The notes under the pieces were generated by a model that was not told where the DNA came from, did no database searches, and saw only the letters and a list, made by a program, of their open reading frames with translations. Below, piece after piece: positions 16,066 to 25,770 of a stretch of 37,289 nt of DNA. The first letter of the stretch is position 1. Every line of letters begins with the position of its first letter. The translations under genes and the position numbers were made by a program. The stretch is from contig JBGYKY010000016.1 in the NCBI GenBank assembly GCA_041836105.1, positions 1-37,289 on the forward strand, read 5' to 3'. Origin of the DNA: Bacillota bacterium (GTDB lineage Bacteria > Bacillota > Clostridia > Peptostreptococcales > Anaerovoracaceae).

Positions 16066-17220
16066 TCAGTCTTTTTGCAGCAGCGCGATCGCCTCGACAT
16101 GGCGAGTGTTGGGGAAGTTGTCATAGATTTTCCAGGCGGAGACCCGATAGCCGTAGAAATCTACATGGCGCAGGTTCTCTACCAGGGTTTTGGGATTACA
16201 GGAAATATACAGTATCTGAGGGACGCCGTACTGAAGAATTTTTTCCATAGCCTTGGGGTGAATGCCCATGCGGGGCGGATCCACCACTATCACATCCGGT
16301 GATTCTCCCGCCTCATCCAGCACCTTCAGTACATCCCCCGCAAGAAAGCGGCAGTTCTCCAAGCCGTTTAGAGCTGCGTTGGTTCGAGCTGATTCCACCG
16401 CGTCTCCCACCAGCTCCACGCCAATCACCTGACGGGCTCGAAGTGCCAGAGCCTGAGATATGGTACCGGTGCCGCAGTAGAGGTCATAGACGGTCTTGCC
16501 CTCCGGATGATCCAGTAGAGACAGCGCTTCTCCATACAATCGCTCTACGGCTTCCACATTGGTCTGAAAAAAGGAAAAGGCGCTGACGCGGAACCGCAGC
16601 CCCAGGATTTCCTCCTCGTAATAATCCCGTCCGAAAAGGATCCGAAGCCGGTCACAGAAGACGGCATCGGCCATCCCGTCATTGATGGTGTGAAGGATCC
16701 CGACGATTCGATGATCCAACTCCAGCCCTTGCAGCATGGCAACAAAGGCATCCTCAGCCAGCCGGTCCTGCGACGAGGTGACCAGATTGATCAGTAGTTC
16801 TCCCGTTCGGACCCCCCGCCGCAGGATCAGGTTCCGCAGAAATCCCTGATGGCTTTTTTTGTGATATCTACAATATCCCTTCTGGCGGCAAAAGAGTAGC
16901 ACCGCCGATAAAATCCGGTTGAAATCCGGCGGCACCAGCAGGCATTCGTCTGTCGTAAGAATCGACATGAACCGTCCCTTCTGGTGCAGCCCCAGTGTCA
17001 TCTCGCCATCCTTAACCATGTCTCCGAAGGTATATTCCATTTTATTTCGATACGCCAGCTGCCGGGGGCTCCCCTGAATCCCCAGATAAACACCGGGGTG
17101 AATCGCCTTTTCCGCCAGCAGCTCCAGCACCTGCTTTTCCTTCATGGCCAGCTGCTCCCGATAGGGGATCCCCTGCATGGAGCAGCCGCCGCAGCATTCC
17201 GTGTGCTTACAGATTTCCAT
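16066..17220 (-). CDS. 23S rRNA (uracil-C5)-methyltransferase, RlmD/RumA family, lacking a TRAM domain
   Basis: N-terminal Cys cluster CKHTECCGGCSMQ, SAM-binding fold DLYCGTGTIS, and the C-terminal ILYISCNP motif. Confidence 0.8.
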   Translation of the reverse strand: MEICKHTECCGGCSMQGIPYREQLAMKEKQVLELLAEKAIHPGVYLGIQGSPRQLAYRNKMEYTFGDMVKDGEMTLGLHQKGRFMSILTTDECLLVPPDFNRILSAVLLFCRQKGYCRYHKKSHQGFLRNLILRRGVRTGELLINLVTSSQDRLAEDAFVAMLQGLELDHRIVGILHTINDGMADAVFCDRLRILFGRDYYEEEILGLRFRVSAFSFFQTNVEAVERLYGEALSLLDHPEGKTVYDLYCGTGTISQALALRARQVIGVELVGDAVESARTNAALNGLENCRFLAGDVLKVLDEAGESPDVIVVDPPRMGIHPKAMEKILQYGVPQILYISCNPKTLVENLRHVDFYGYRVSAWKIYDNFPNTRHVEAIALLQKD

Positions 17221-17243
17221 GATGTTTCCCTTGTTCCCTTCCC

Positions 17244-18377
<1,134 letters not shown>

Positions 18378-19421
18378 TTATTTTATCAGCATGGCATCCC
18401 CATAGCTGAAAAAGCGATAGCCCTCCTCAACAGCCCTTTCATAAACGCGCAAAACCTCCTGACGATTATAAAATGCGGAAATCAGCATCATCAACGTGGA
18501 TTTTGGCAGATGAAAATTGGTGATCAGGGCATCCGTCATCCGGAATTCATAGCCGGGATAAATAAAAATATCGGTCTCGCTCCGCGTGTCTGCGTCGGGG
18601 AGCCGCCAGCCCTCCGCTCCCGATACAGCAGCGCTTTCAAGGGTCCTGGCAGAGGTAGTCCCCACCGCGATCACCCGCCCCCCGCTTTTCTTGGTTTCAT
18701 TGACAATGCGGGCGTTTTCCCCGGTGATTTCAAATTCTTCAAGGTGCATCCGGTGCTCTTCAACTTTCGAGACCTTTACCGGACGAAAGGTTCCGATGCC
18801 TACATGAAGGGTTACATACGCCAGCCGGACGCCTTTTTCCTTTGCTTTACATAATAATTCTTTTGTAAAATGAAGGCCTGCCGTCGGCGCCGCGACCGAC
18901 CCTTCCGTTTTACAATAGACGGTTTGGTAGCGATCCTTGTCCTCGCCGGTGCTCTGCCGCGCAATATAGGGAGGAAGCGGCATGGAGCCCAGCTCCTCCA
19001 ATCGTTCCAGGAAAACACCCGGATAGCGGAAGAGAACCAGCCTGGCGCCGTCTTGCCCATGACCGAGCACCTGAGCGGACACCTCCGGGGAAAAATCGAT
19101 TACATCCCCCTGGCGTACTTTCCGGCCCGGACGCACCAGGGTTTCCCATACATCCCCATTCCTGCGCTTCAGCAACAGAAATTCGATTCGAGCACCGCCC
19201 GGCCTTTTGACACCGAACAGCCGGGCTGGCAGCACCTTGGAATCATTCATCAGCAGGCAGTCTCCCGGATCCAAATACTCCAAAACATCATAAAAATGCC
19301 GGTGCTCCAGCTTTCCGGAATCCCGGTGAACCACCAGCAATCTCGCATTTTCCCGCTCATCGGCCGGGTGCTGGGCGATCCGATCCGGCGGAAGGTGATA
19401 GTCAAATTCGCAAACGTCCAT
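18378..19421 (-). CDS. queA: S-adenosylmethionine:tRNA ribosyltransferase-isomerase
   Basis: FDYHLPPDRIAQHPADERENARLLV, AAPTAGLHFT and FFSYGDAMLI. Confidence 0.95.
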   Translation of the reverse strand: MDVCEFDYHLPPDRIAQHPADERENARLLVVHRDSGKLEHRHFYDVLEYLDPGDCLLMNDSKVLPARLFGVKRPGGARIEFLLLKRRNGDVWETLVRPGRKVRQGDVIDFSPEVSAQVLGHGQDGARLVLFRYPGVFLERLEELGSMPLPPYIARQSTGEDKDRYQTVYCKTEGSVAAPTAGLHFTKELLCKAKEKGVRLAYVTLHVGIGTFRPVKVSKVEEHRMHLEEFEITGENARIVNETKKSGGRVIAVGTTSARTLESAAVSGAEGWRLPDADTRSETDIFIYPGYEFRMTDALITNFHLPKSTLMMLISAFYNRQEVLRVYERAVEEGYRFFSYGDAMLIK

Positions 19422-19438
19422 ACCTCGCGCTTCCCTCC

Positions 19439-20965
19439 TTATCTGATTTCAATGCCGGTGAAATAAAACTGCAGGATCTCCCGGAAGCTTGCCCCCGCCT
19501 GCGCCATGGCAATGGCGCTGTCCTGGGGCATTCCCACCCCATGACCGTATCCCCGGCCCTCCAGCCGGAAAACCTCCCCGGCAGAAAGCTGAACCTCCTG
19601 GATCGTCTGACTGCCCTTCTCGTTCTGTCCGTCAGTCCTCAGCCGCTCCACACCGGAAATGGATACCACATACTGATCCTTTAGGTTGACCCGCGCCGAG
19701 GTGCCGGAATTACCCAACACGAAAGCCTGTGCGTCTTTCACCTGTTTCAGGTTTCCCAACAGCGACCAAACCGGTTCCCCGACCAATGCTGCGGCCGCTG
19801 ATGAAGAGGCGGGAGCTGCCGCTGTTGATCCGGTCCGGGCCTGCCCGCCGCTTAGCTCAAAATGTGTGGATTTCACCTGGGTCATGCCCAGCACCGACCG
19901 AATCTTTTCCTTATTCAGAACTGCCGTTCCCTGGGTTCCCCGAATGGTCAGGGATGCTACGGCCCCCGATTCGTTCCGACCGGTGATGGCCATCGAGACC
20001 ACTTCTCCCGTCACAAATCCGGCAGCCCGCAATTTTGTTTCCAGCTGGGCGGGGGTAAATTCCGCTGTCCAGCTGTAGGCAGGAGAATGAGGATCCTTTA
20101 CCGCTTTCAGGTATGCAACCTCCGAATTCCATACATCCTTGGCGTTCTGGGTATAGCCTCCGCTGTTCTTATAAAAATATCCGGCGGCCGGGGCATTGCC
20201 GTAATACAGGCCCAGCATACCCGTCTCGTCTACCGCCTGATTGCTCCTCTGGTGCTCCTGTCCGTACCCTTTATACACCTGACAGTGGGTGGAATCGCAC
20301 ACATCGTATCCGCCGGCCCCGTGACGACCCATGTTGGTCAACGCATAGCTCCGCACCAGCACCGCTTGGGCTTTCAATGCTTCTTTAGGACTGGAATATC
20401 CCATTTCGCTGTTGATAACGCCGTAGGCATACTCATCTATGGTCAAGGTGTTGATCAGGCGGAAGGTTTGATTGGCATTGATAAAAAAACCGATCCCGCC
20501 CCGATACGGCACCCCATCGACGCGCAGGATCGAAGAGTTTCCCTGAGCCGTCCCGGCAGGTTTGGCTTCATAGTCGCTGCTGCACAGGGCATAGCCTCGC
20601 TCCAGCAGCGAGGCAGCGGTCACAGCGCCGTCGCCCGTCGTTACCCGCAGATCACTGCCGGAAGCGTCCGTCGCCCGAAGAAAACCTCCCTCTAAGGTCA
20701 CTACCGCTTCCGAAAGCCCGGGAAGGGGTAAAACGGTTCTGTCATCGGGATTCCACAGCGCAAGCCCCGAGGCTCCCGTAATGGTGCAGCGGGAAAGGCC
20801 GGTCTGAGTATATTGCAGCCCGACCCTGATCAACGCTGATTCCCCGGCACCCGCCGCGCCGCTGACGGAGGCCGGCGGCACAGGCATCAGCGCCAGCCCC
20901 AGAAGAAGCGCCAAGACCGTGACTGCCGCTCTTCCCAATCGGAGAAGCACCGTCCGTAACTTCAT
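19439..20965 (-). CDS. SpoIID/LytB-domain protein (secreted, 508 aa)
   Basis: Signal peptide. [41 protein letters not shown] and [13 protein letters not shown] 20965 overlaps the ruvB TGA (ATGA). The track ORF extends to 20992. Confidence 0.85.
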   Translation of the reverse strand: MKLRTVLLRLGRAAVTVLALLLGLALMPVPPASVSGAAGAGESALIRVGLQYTQTGLSRCTITGASGLALWNPDDRTVLPLPGLSEAVVTLEGGFLRATDASGSDLRVTTGDGAVTAASLLERGYALCSSDYEAKPAGTAQGNSSILRVDGVPYRGGIGFFINANQTFRLINTLTIDEYAYGVINSEMGYSSPKEALKAQAVLVRSYALTNMGRHGAGGYDVCDSTHCQVYKGYGQEHQRSNQAVDETGMLGLYYGNAPAAGYFYKNSGGYTQNAKDVWNSEVAYLKAVKDPHSPAYSWTAEFTPAQLETKLRAAGFVTGEVVSMAITGRNESGAVASLTIRGTQGTAVLNKEKIRSVLGMTQVKSTHFELSGGQARTGSTAAAPASSSAAAALVGEPVWSLLGNLKQVKDAQAFVLGNSGTSARVNLKDQYVVSISGVERLRTDGQNEKGSQTIQEVQLSAGEVFRLEGRGYGHGVGMPQDSAIAMAQAGASFREILQFYFTGIEIR

Positions 20966-22056
20966 GTCGCTCCCCCGTTTCCGTTCATGCACAGCTGCTC
21001 CCCTGGCTCTGAATCAGACGGCTCCGCTGCCGCTGCCGAAGGCGGCCCCTCTGCCTCCGGTGCCGGAAGCCCCAGATGGAGATACGCCTCCCGGGACACC
21101 ATCCTTCCCTTTTGGGTCCGATGTAGCAAGCCTGCCTGGATCAAAAAAGGCTCGTACACGTCTTCTATCGTGACCCGCTCCTCGCCGATGGCGGCAGCAA
21201 TCGTATCAATGCCCACCGGCCCTCCGTTGAAGCGGTGAATAATGACCTGAAGGATCTCTCGATCCAGGGCCTCCAATCCCAGTCGGTCAATTTCCAGAGA
21301 ATTGAGGGTGCTTTCGGCGATTTCCGCATCGATAAAGCCTCTCCCCCGGACCTGAGAGAAGTCCCGAACCCGCTTAAGCAGCCGGTTGGCTACCCGAGGG
21401 GTTCCGCGAGAACGCATGGCCATCATGGTCAGGGGGGCATCATCGATTTCAATTCCCAAAATGCCAGCGGAGCGCCTGAGAATGGTTTTCAGCTCCTCCA
21501 CCGTGTACAATTCAAACTTACTGATGACGCCAAACCGATCCCTGAGAGGCGCCGATAAGCTGCCTGCCCTGGTGGTAGCGCCAATCAGGGTAAAGCGGGC
21601 CAGATCGATGCGGATAGATCTGGCAGAGGGGCCCTTTCCGATAACAATATCCAGCGCATAGTCCTCCATGGCAGAGTAGAGCACCTCTTCCACAGATCGG
21701 TTGAGGCGATGGATTTCGTCAATGAACAACACGTCATGCTCGTTCAGATTGGTAATAATGGCGGCCAGGTCTCCGGCCCGTTCGATGGCCGGCCCCGATG
21801 TGATCCGAATGTCTACGCCCAGCTCGTTGGCCACGATACCGGCCAAGGTGGTTTTCCCCAGCCCGGGCGGCCCATAAAACAGTACGTGATCCAGCGGTTC
21901 GCCCCTCAGCCTTGCGGCCTCAATGAATACCTTCAGATTTTCTGTGGCTTTCTTCTGGCCGATGTATTCCTCCAGGCGCTTGGGGCGCAGCGTCCCCTCG
22001 GACAGCTCGTCTTCTTCCCTTACGCCGGTGGTCGTCAATCTGTTATCCTGCTCCAT
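20962..22056 (-). CDS. ruvB: Holliday junction branch migration helicase RuvB
   Basis: Walker [12 protein letters not shown] and DEIHRL. It has a low-complexity Pro/Ala/Glu C-terminal tail. Confidence 0.95.
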   Translation of the reverse strand: MEQDNRLTTTGVREEDELSEGTLRPKRLEEYIGQKKATENLKVFIEAARLRGEPLDHVLFYGPPGLGKTTLAGIVANELGVDIRITSGPAIERAGDLAAIITNLNEHDVLFIDEIHRLNRSVEEVLYSAMEDYALDIVIGKGPSARSIRIDLARFTLIGATTRAGSLSAPLRDRFGVISKFELYTVEELKTILRRSAGILGIEIDDAPLTMMAMRSRGTPRVANRLLKRVRDFSQVRGRGFIDAEIAESTLNSLEIDRLGLEALDREILQVIIHRFNGGPVGIDTIAAAIGEERVTIEDVYEPFLIQAGLLHRTQKGRMVSREAYLHLGLPAPEAEGPPSAAAAEPSDSEPGEQLCMNGNGGAT

Positions 22057-22092
22057 TCCCGTTCCCTTTCGGCGATTCTTCCTAAATGATCC

Positions 22093-22686
22093 CTACATCA
22101 GTCTTTTTAATGCCCGTTTTATATATTCCTCCGGGGAGAGGCCCTCCTCCGGGATCCCGGACAGCGCACTCCATGCTTCGCTCCTGGAATACCCCAAGGC
22201 CAGCAGCGCATCCGCCGCCTCCCCTCTGGCATCGGCGGCCGTCCCGGCCCCCTTCTCTATTTGAGGCGCGTGGAGGCCGTCTGCTGCTTCCACCTTATCC
22301 TTCAGCTCCAACACCACCCGTTGGGCTGATTTTTTCCCGATGCCGTTCGCCCGGGTCAGCGACGCGGCATCTTCGAAAAGAATGGCTCGAACCAACTCTT
22401 CCAAGGGCATCGCCGAGAGGATGGACAGGGCTGCTTTCGCCCCGATCCCCGACACCCCGATAAGCCGATGGAACATCCGCTGGGTCTCCCGGTCGCTGAA
22501 GCCGTAAAGGCTGATATCGTCCTCCCGGACCATCATGGACGTATAGGCCAGCGCCTCCTCTCCCTCTCCCAACAGAAAAAAAGCGGAATTTTCCGGAACG
22601 GACATGCCGTAACCGATTCCGTTGTTTTCGATAACGATATGGCCGGGGCCGGCAAAGGCCAGCCTGCCTCTGACAAATTGGATCAT
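22093..22686 (-). CDS. ruvA: Holliday junction DNA-binding protein RuvA
   Basis: [31 protein letters not shown] and the HhH motifs [14 protein letters not shown] / [19 protein letters not shown] 22686 overlaps the ruvC TGA (ATGA). The track ORF extension to 22920 lies inside ruvC. Confidence 0.9.
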   Translation of the reverse strand: MIQFVRGRLAFAGPGHIVIENNGIGYGMSVPENSAFFLLGEGEEALAYTSMMVREDDISLYGFSDRETQRMFHRLIGVSGIGAKAALSILSAMPLEELVRAILFEDAASLTRANGIGKKSAQRVVLELKDKVEAADGLHAPQIEKGAGTAADARGEAADALLALGYSRSEAWSALSGIPEEGLSPEEYIKRALKRLM

Positions 22687-23192
22687 CCCATCCTCCCCTG
22701 CTTCCATTGGACCCGCTTCCGATAATTGCCGCAGTGGCCGTGACAGATGGCCGCCGCCAGGGCATCGGCCGTATCGTCGGGCTTCGGAGCCTCCTCCAGC
22801 TTCAGAATGGCCTTCACCATTGCCTGAATCTGCTTTTTCTCCGCACGCCCGTACCCTACCAGTGCCTGCTTGATTTGGAGCGGTGTGTATTCGGCAATCT
22901 CCAGCCCGGAATGAATGCACGCCAAGATGGCGACTCCCCGGGCCTGGCCCACCAATAGCGCCGTTTTAGCATTATTGTTGAAAAATAATTCCTCAATGGA
23001 CGCCGCCTCCGGCCGGTGGCGGCCGATGACCTCCATCAAACCGGAATACAGGCATTTTAACCGGTCGGGCATATCCATACCCGCATCGGTGGTGATGGCG
23101 CCGCAATCCAGCATCCGAAAAAAATTTCCCTTCATTTCCACGATTCCATATCCCAGAATAGCGTACCCCGGGTCAATTCCGATAATCTTCAT
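22683..23192 (-). CDS. ruvC: Crossover junction endodeoxyribonuclease RuvC
   Basis: [19 protein letters not shown]. 169 aa. SD AGGAG lies 5 nt upstream. Confidence 0.9.
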   Translation of the reverse strand: MKIIGIDPGYAILGYGIVEMKGNFFRMLDCGAITTDAGMDMPDRLKCLYSGLMEVIGRHRPEAASIEELFFNNNAKTALLVGQARGVAILACIHSGLEIAEYTPLQIKQALVGYGRAEKKQIQAMVKAILKLEEAPKPDDTADALAAAICHGHCGNYRKRVQWKQGRMG

Positions 23193-23216
23193 CTGATCTC
23201 CTGCAGCGCCTGCGAT

Positions 23217-23245
23217 ATTATATCATACAACGGCTTTATTGTATC
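23217..23245 (-). promoter_or_regulatory. Extended -10 promoter of ruvCAB (TGaTATAAT)
   Basis: The reverse complement of 23217-23225 is TGATATAAT. A weak -35 GATACA lies 17 nt upstream. The promoter is about 25 nt from the ruvC ATG. Confidence 0.55.
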
Positions 23246-23247
23246 AT

Positions 23248-23263
23248 ACAAACATATGTTTGT
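23248..23263. promoter_or_regulatory. Perfect 16-bp palindrome ACAAACATATGTTTGT (degenerate Cheo/LexA-box-like)
   Basis: Read directly from the sequence. It equals the Firmicute LexA consensus CGAACATATGTTCG with a symmetric G-to-A / C-to-T change in both half-sites. Confidence 0.4.
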
Positions 23264-23385
23264 CCAGAATGCCTTGTCCCTTTGAGGCGGCCCGCAGCTT
23301 TGCGAAACGGCTCGGACGCGCCGCCGTATCCCGCACAAACGAATTCATCCCCGAGAGTTCGGACGCGCTCACATCACAATCGCTC

Positions 23386-23414
23386 TTGAATTTTTTATGC
23401 ATATCGCGTATAAT
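23386..23414 (+). promoter_or_regulatory. Sigma-A-like promoter of argR-recN (TTGAAT-17-TATAAT), overlapped by a possible ARG box
   Basis: -35 at 23386-23391 and -10 at 23409-23414. CTTGAATTTTTTATGCAT at 23385-23402 loosely resembles the AhrC/ArgR box CATGAATAAAAATTCAAG. Confidence 0.6.
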
Positions 23415-23448
23415 TATAAGCAATCTCTGTCGATGAAAGGAGCTCGCC

Positions 23449-23898
23449 ATGCGCTATTCAAGACAAAACAAGATTCTGGACCTGATCCGGGAATATGAGA
23501 TCGAGACCCAGGAAAAGCTGGCTCACCTGCTGAAGGAGGCCGGCTATGATGTCACTCAGGCCACGGTTTCCAGAGACATCAAGGAATTACAGCTGATCAA
23601 GGTGCTCTCCTCCGGCGGCAAATACAAATACGCGCTGGGTGTTTCCGGTGATGCTTCCGTCTCGGATCGATTTGTCAAAATCTTTAAGGAAACGATTCGA
23701 AGCGTAGCTTCCTCAGGCAATATCATCGTTATCAAAACACTGACCGGGTGCGCCAATGCAGCCTGTGAAGCCATCGACTCCCTCAATCTTCCCCATATGC
23801 TGGGAACCATCGCCGGCGACAATACCATCATGATCGTGGTAGATGACGTAAGCCATGTGCCCTACCTGGTCAAAAAATTCAATGATCTTCTCGGATAA
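23449..23898 (+). CDS. argR: Arginine repressor
   Basis: RQNKILDLIREYEIETQEKLAHLLKEAGYDVTQATVSRDIKEL and the C-terminal GTIAGDNTIMIV. Confidence 0.95.
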   Translation: MRYSRQNKILDLIREYEIETQEKLAHLLKEAGYDVTQATVSRDIKELQLIKVLSSGGKYKYALGVSGDASVSDRFVKIFKETIRSVASSGNIIVIKTLTGCANAACEAIDSLNLPHMLGTIAGDNTIMIVVDDVSHVPYLVKKFNDLLG

Positions 23899-23910
23899 AG
23901 GAGGCTTCCC

Positions 23911-25578
23911 ATGATTGCCCACATCCGCATTTCAGATTTTGCCATTATCGACAGTATATCGATCGATTTTTATCCCGGCCTCAACATTATCACCGGCGAG
24001 ACCGGGGCCGGAAAATCCATTATTATTGAGGCTCTCAGCCTGGCACTGGGCAGTCGCGGAGATTCTTCCCTTATCCGCTCCGGCCGGGAAAAAGCTCAGA
24101 TCCAGGCCGTTTTTGACGAAATCCCGGCTGCCACCCTTTCCCTGCTGAAAGAATTAGGAATAGCGGAGTGCCAAGAGCTGATCGTCACCCGGGAGATTTC
24201 TGTAAACGGCAAAAACATCTGCCGGATCAACGAGCAGATCGTCCCGGTTTCCGTCTTGTCCCGCCTGTGCGGCAGGTTAGCCGATATCCATGGCCAATAT
24301 GACCATCAATCTCTTCTCCATCCCGAGCATCACCTGGACTTTGTAGACCGGTTTGCCGCCGCGGAGCTCCCGCCCCTTCTGGCTGCGGTTCGCCAGGCTT
24401 ATCGAGAGGTAAAACGACTCCAAGCCGCGCTGGCCGATCTGGAGGCCAGAGAATCCGAGGCCCTCAGAAAAAGGGATTTCATGGAGTTCGAGCTGGCAGA
24501 GATTACAGCCGTCAGCCTTCTTCCGGGAGAGGATGAATCACTGGAGGAGGAGATTTCCTTGCTGCAAAACAGCGAGCAGATCACCTCCAGTTTGATCCAC
24601 GCCTATGAATTATTGCAGGGCGGGGACTCCTCCGCAACGACCCGGATCAAAAAAGCCTCGGACAGTCTGACCCGGGCAGAAGAGTTTTCCCGGGAGCTCC
24701 GTCAGCAGAACGAGGCGCTACAGGATTGCTATTACCGGCTCCAGGACATCGCAGAAGAGCTGCGGCGGTTCCGCGACCGTTTTTCTTACGACAAGGATGC
24801 CTTGGATCAAGCCATCGACCGCCAGGAGCGGATCCGCCAGTTGAAAAAAAAGTATGGTGGCACCGCGGAAAGTGTGCTCACCCATCAAAAACAGCTTCAG
24901 GAACATCTGGGGCTACTGGAGGACGCCTCCTACAACAAAGACCATTTGCTAAAGGAGTTGGCCTCGGCACAGGAAATCCTGGATCAGCACTGCGCTGCCC
25001 TGACCGCTCTTCGCCGGGAGACAGGACACCGCCTGAAGCTGGCGCTGGAGGCACAGCTGGAAGAATTGAATTTTAAAAACGCCGAAATTCAGATCCCCTT
25101 CCAGAAAATTGCCGCCGGAGAAAATGGCGCGGATTCGGCGGAATTTTTGATTGCCACCAACAAGGGAGAACTCCCTAAGTCTCTGGCAAAAACGGTCTCC
25201 GGCGGCGAAATGTCACGGATCATGCTGGCCTTTAAAAGCATTCTCGGACAGGACGACTCCATTCCCTCTCTGATCTTTGATGAGATCGATAACGGCATCA
25301 GCGGCATCACCGCCAGTGTGGTAGGGAAAAAGCTTCGCTCCCTGGCGCGGGAGCATCAGGTGCTGTGCATTACTCACCTGCCGCAGATTGCTGCCTGCGG
25401 CGATCATCACTACCGAATTTCCAAGGAGGAATCCCATGGCCGAGTGACCACCTCCATCGACCCCTTGGATACTGACGGAGTGCTGTCCGAGCTGGCCAGG
25501 TTGACCGGCGGGCTCTCCGTTACCCCGGCAGCCCTGGAAAATGCGCGGGAGCTTCTGGCTGCGGGCAAACAGGAATAG
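23911..25578 (+). CDS. recN: DNA repair protein RecN
   Basis: N-terminal Walker A GETGAGKSIIIEAL, a coiled-coil middle region, and the C-terminal signature SGGEMSRIMLAFK / LIFDEIDNGISG. Confidence 0.95.
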   Translation: MIAHIRISDFAIIDSISIDFYPGLNIITGETGAGKSIIIEALSLALGSRGDSSLIRSGREKAQIQAVFDEIPAATLSLLKELGIAECQELIVTREISVNGKNICRINEQIVPVSVLSRLCGRLADIHGQYDHQSLLHPEHHLDFVDRFAAAELPPLLAAVRQAYREVKRLQAALADLEARESEALRKRDFMEFELAEITAVSLLPGEDESLEEEISLLQNSEQITSSLIHAYELLQGGDSSATTRIKKASDSLTRAEEFSRELRQQNEALQDCYYRLQDIAEELRRFRDRFSYDKDALDQAIDRQERIRQLKKKYGGTAESVLTHQKQLQEHLGLLEDASYNKDHLLKELASAQEILDQHCAALTALRRETGHRLKLALEAQLEELNFKNAEIQIPFQKIAAGENGADSAEFLIATNKGELPKSLAKTVSGGEMSRIMLAFKSILGQDDSIPSLIFDEIDNGISGITASVVGKKLRSLAREHQVLCITHLPQIAACGDHHYRISKEESHGRVTTSIDPLDTDGVLSELARLTGGLSVTPAALENARELLAAGKQE

Positions 25579-25615
25579 GCCCGTGGAAATCCCATCACGC
25601 GCGATAAAGCGGGAA

Positions 25616-25647
25616 AAAGGCTCTTTGCCATCGGGCAAAGAGCCTTT
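25616..25647 (+). terminator. Rho-independent terminator after recN
   Basis: A 14-bp perfect stem, AAAGGCTCTTTGCC-ATCG-GGCAAAGAGCCTTT, followed by a modest T-rich tail. Confidence 0.7.
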
Positions 25648-25696
25648 CATTGTAGCTTCAGCATCGGTTCATCGAACAAATGTGAGATGACCAATA

Positions 25697-25719
25697 AACC
25701 ACCGGCTTAGCCGGTGGTT
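25697..25719 (-). terminator. Rho-independent terminator after ispH/S1
   Basis: A 10-bp stem, AACCACCGGC-TTA-GCCGGTGGTT. On the minus strand it is followed by TTTATTGG. Confidence 0.55.
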
Positions 25720-25770
25720 ATGATCTGTCCTGCGTATCACGGGATTTTCCCTATCGGCGCGAGACGAGGC

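Noticed and set aside
19862-20695. A 277-aa ORF on the plus strand.
   Set aside because: It is antisense to the SpoIID-domain gene. It is a shadow ORF.
22687-22920. A 78-codon N-terminal extension of ruvA.
   Set aside because: It lies inside ruvC. The ATGA overlap at 22683-22686 and the canonical RuvA N-terminus MIQFVRG support the shorter gene.
23239-23450. ORFs 23239..23436 (+, 65 aa) and 23244..23450 (-, 68 aa) in the ruvC-argR spacer.
   Set aside because: They are mutually overlapping and have no SD. One runs through the argR promoter and start codon, and their composition is unremarkable. This is more likely non-coding regulatory DNA.
25673-25686. CGAACAAATGTGAG, a half match to the LexA box.
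   Set aside because: Only the left half-site matches. It lies between two convergent terminators with no promoter nearby.
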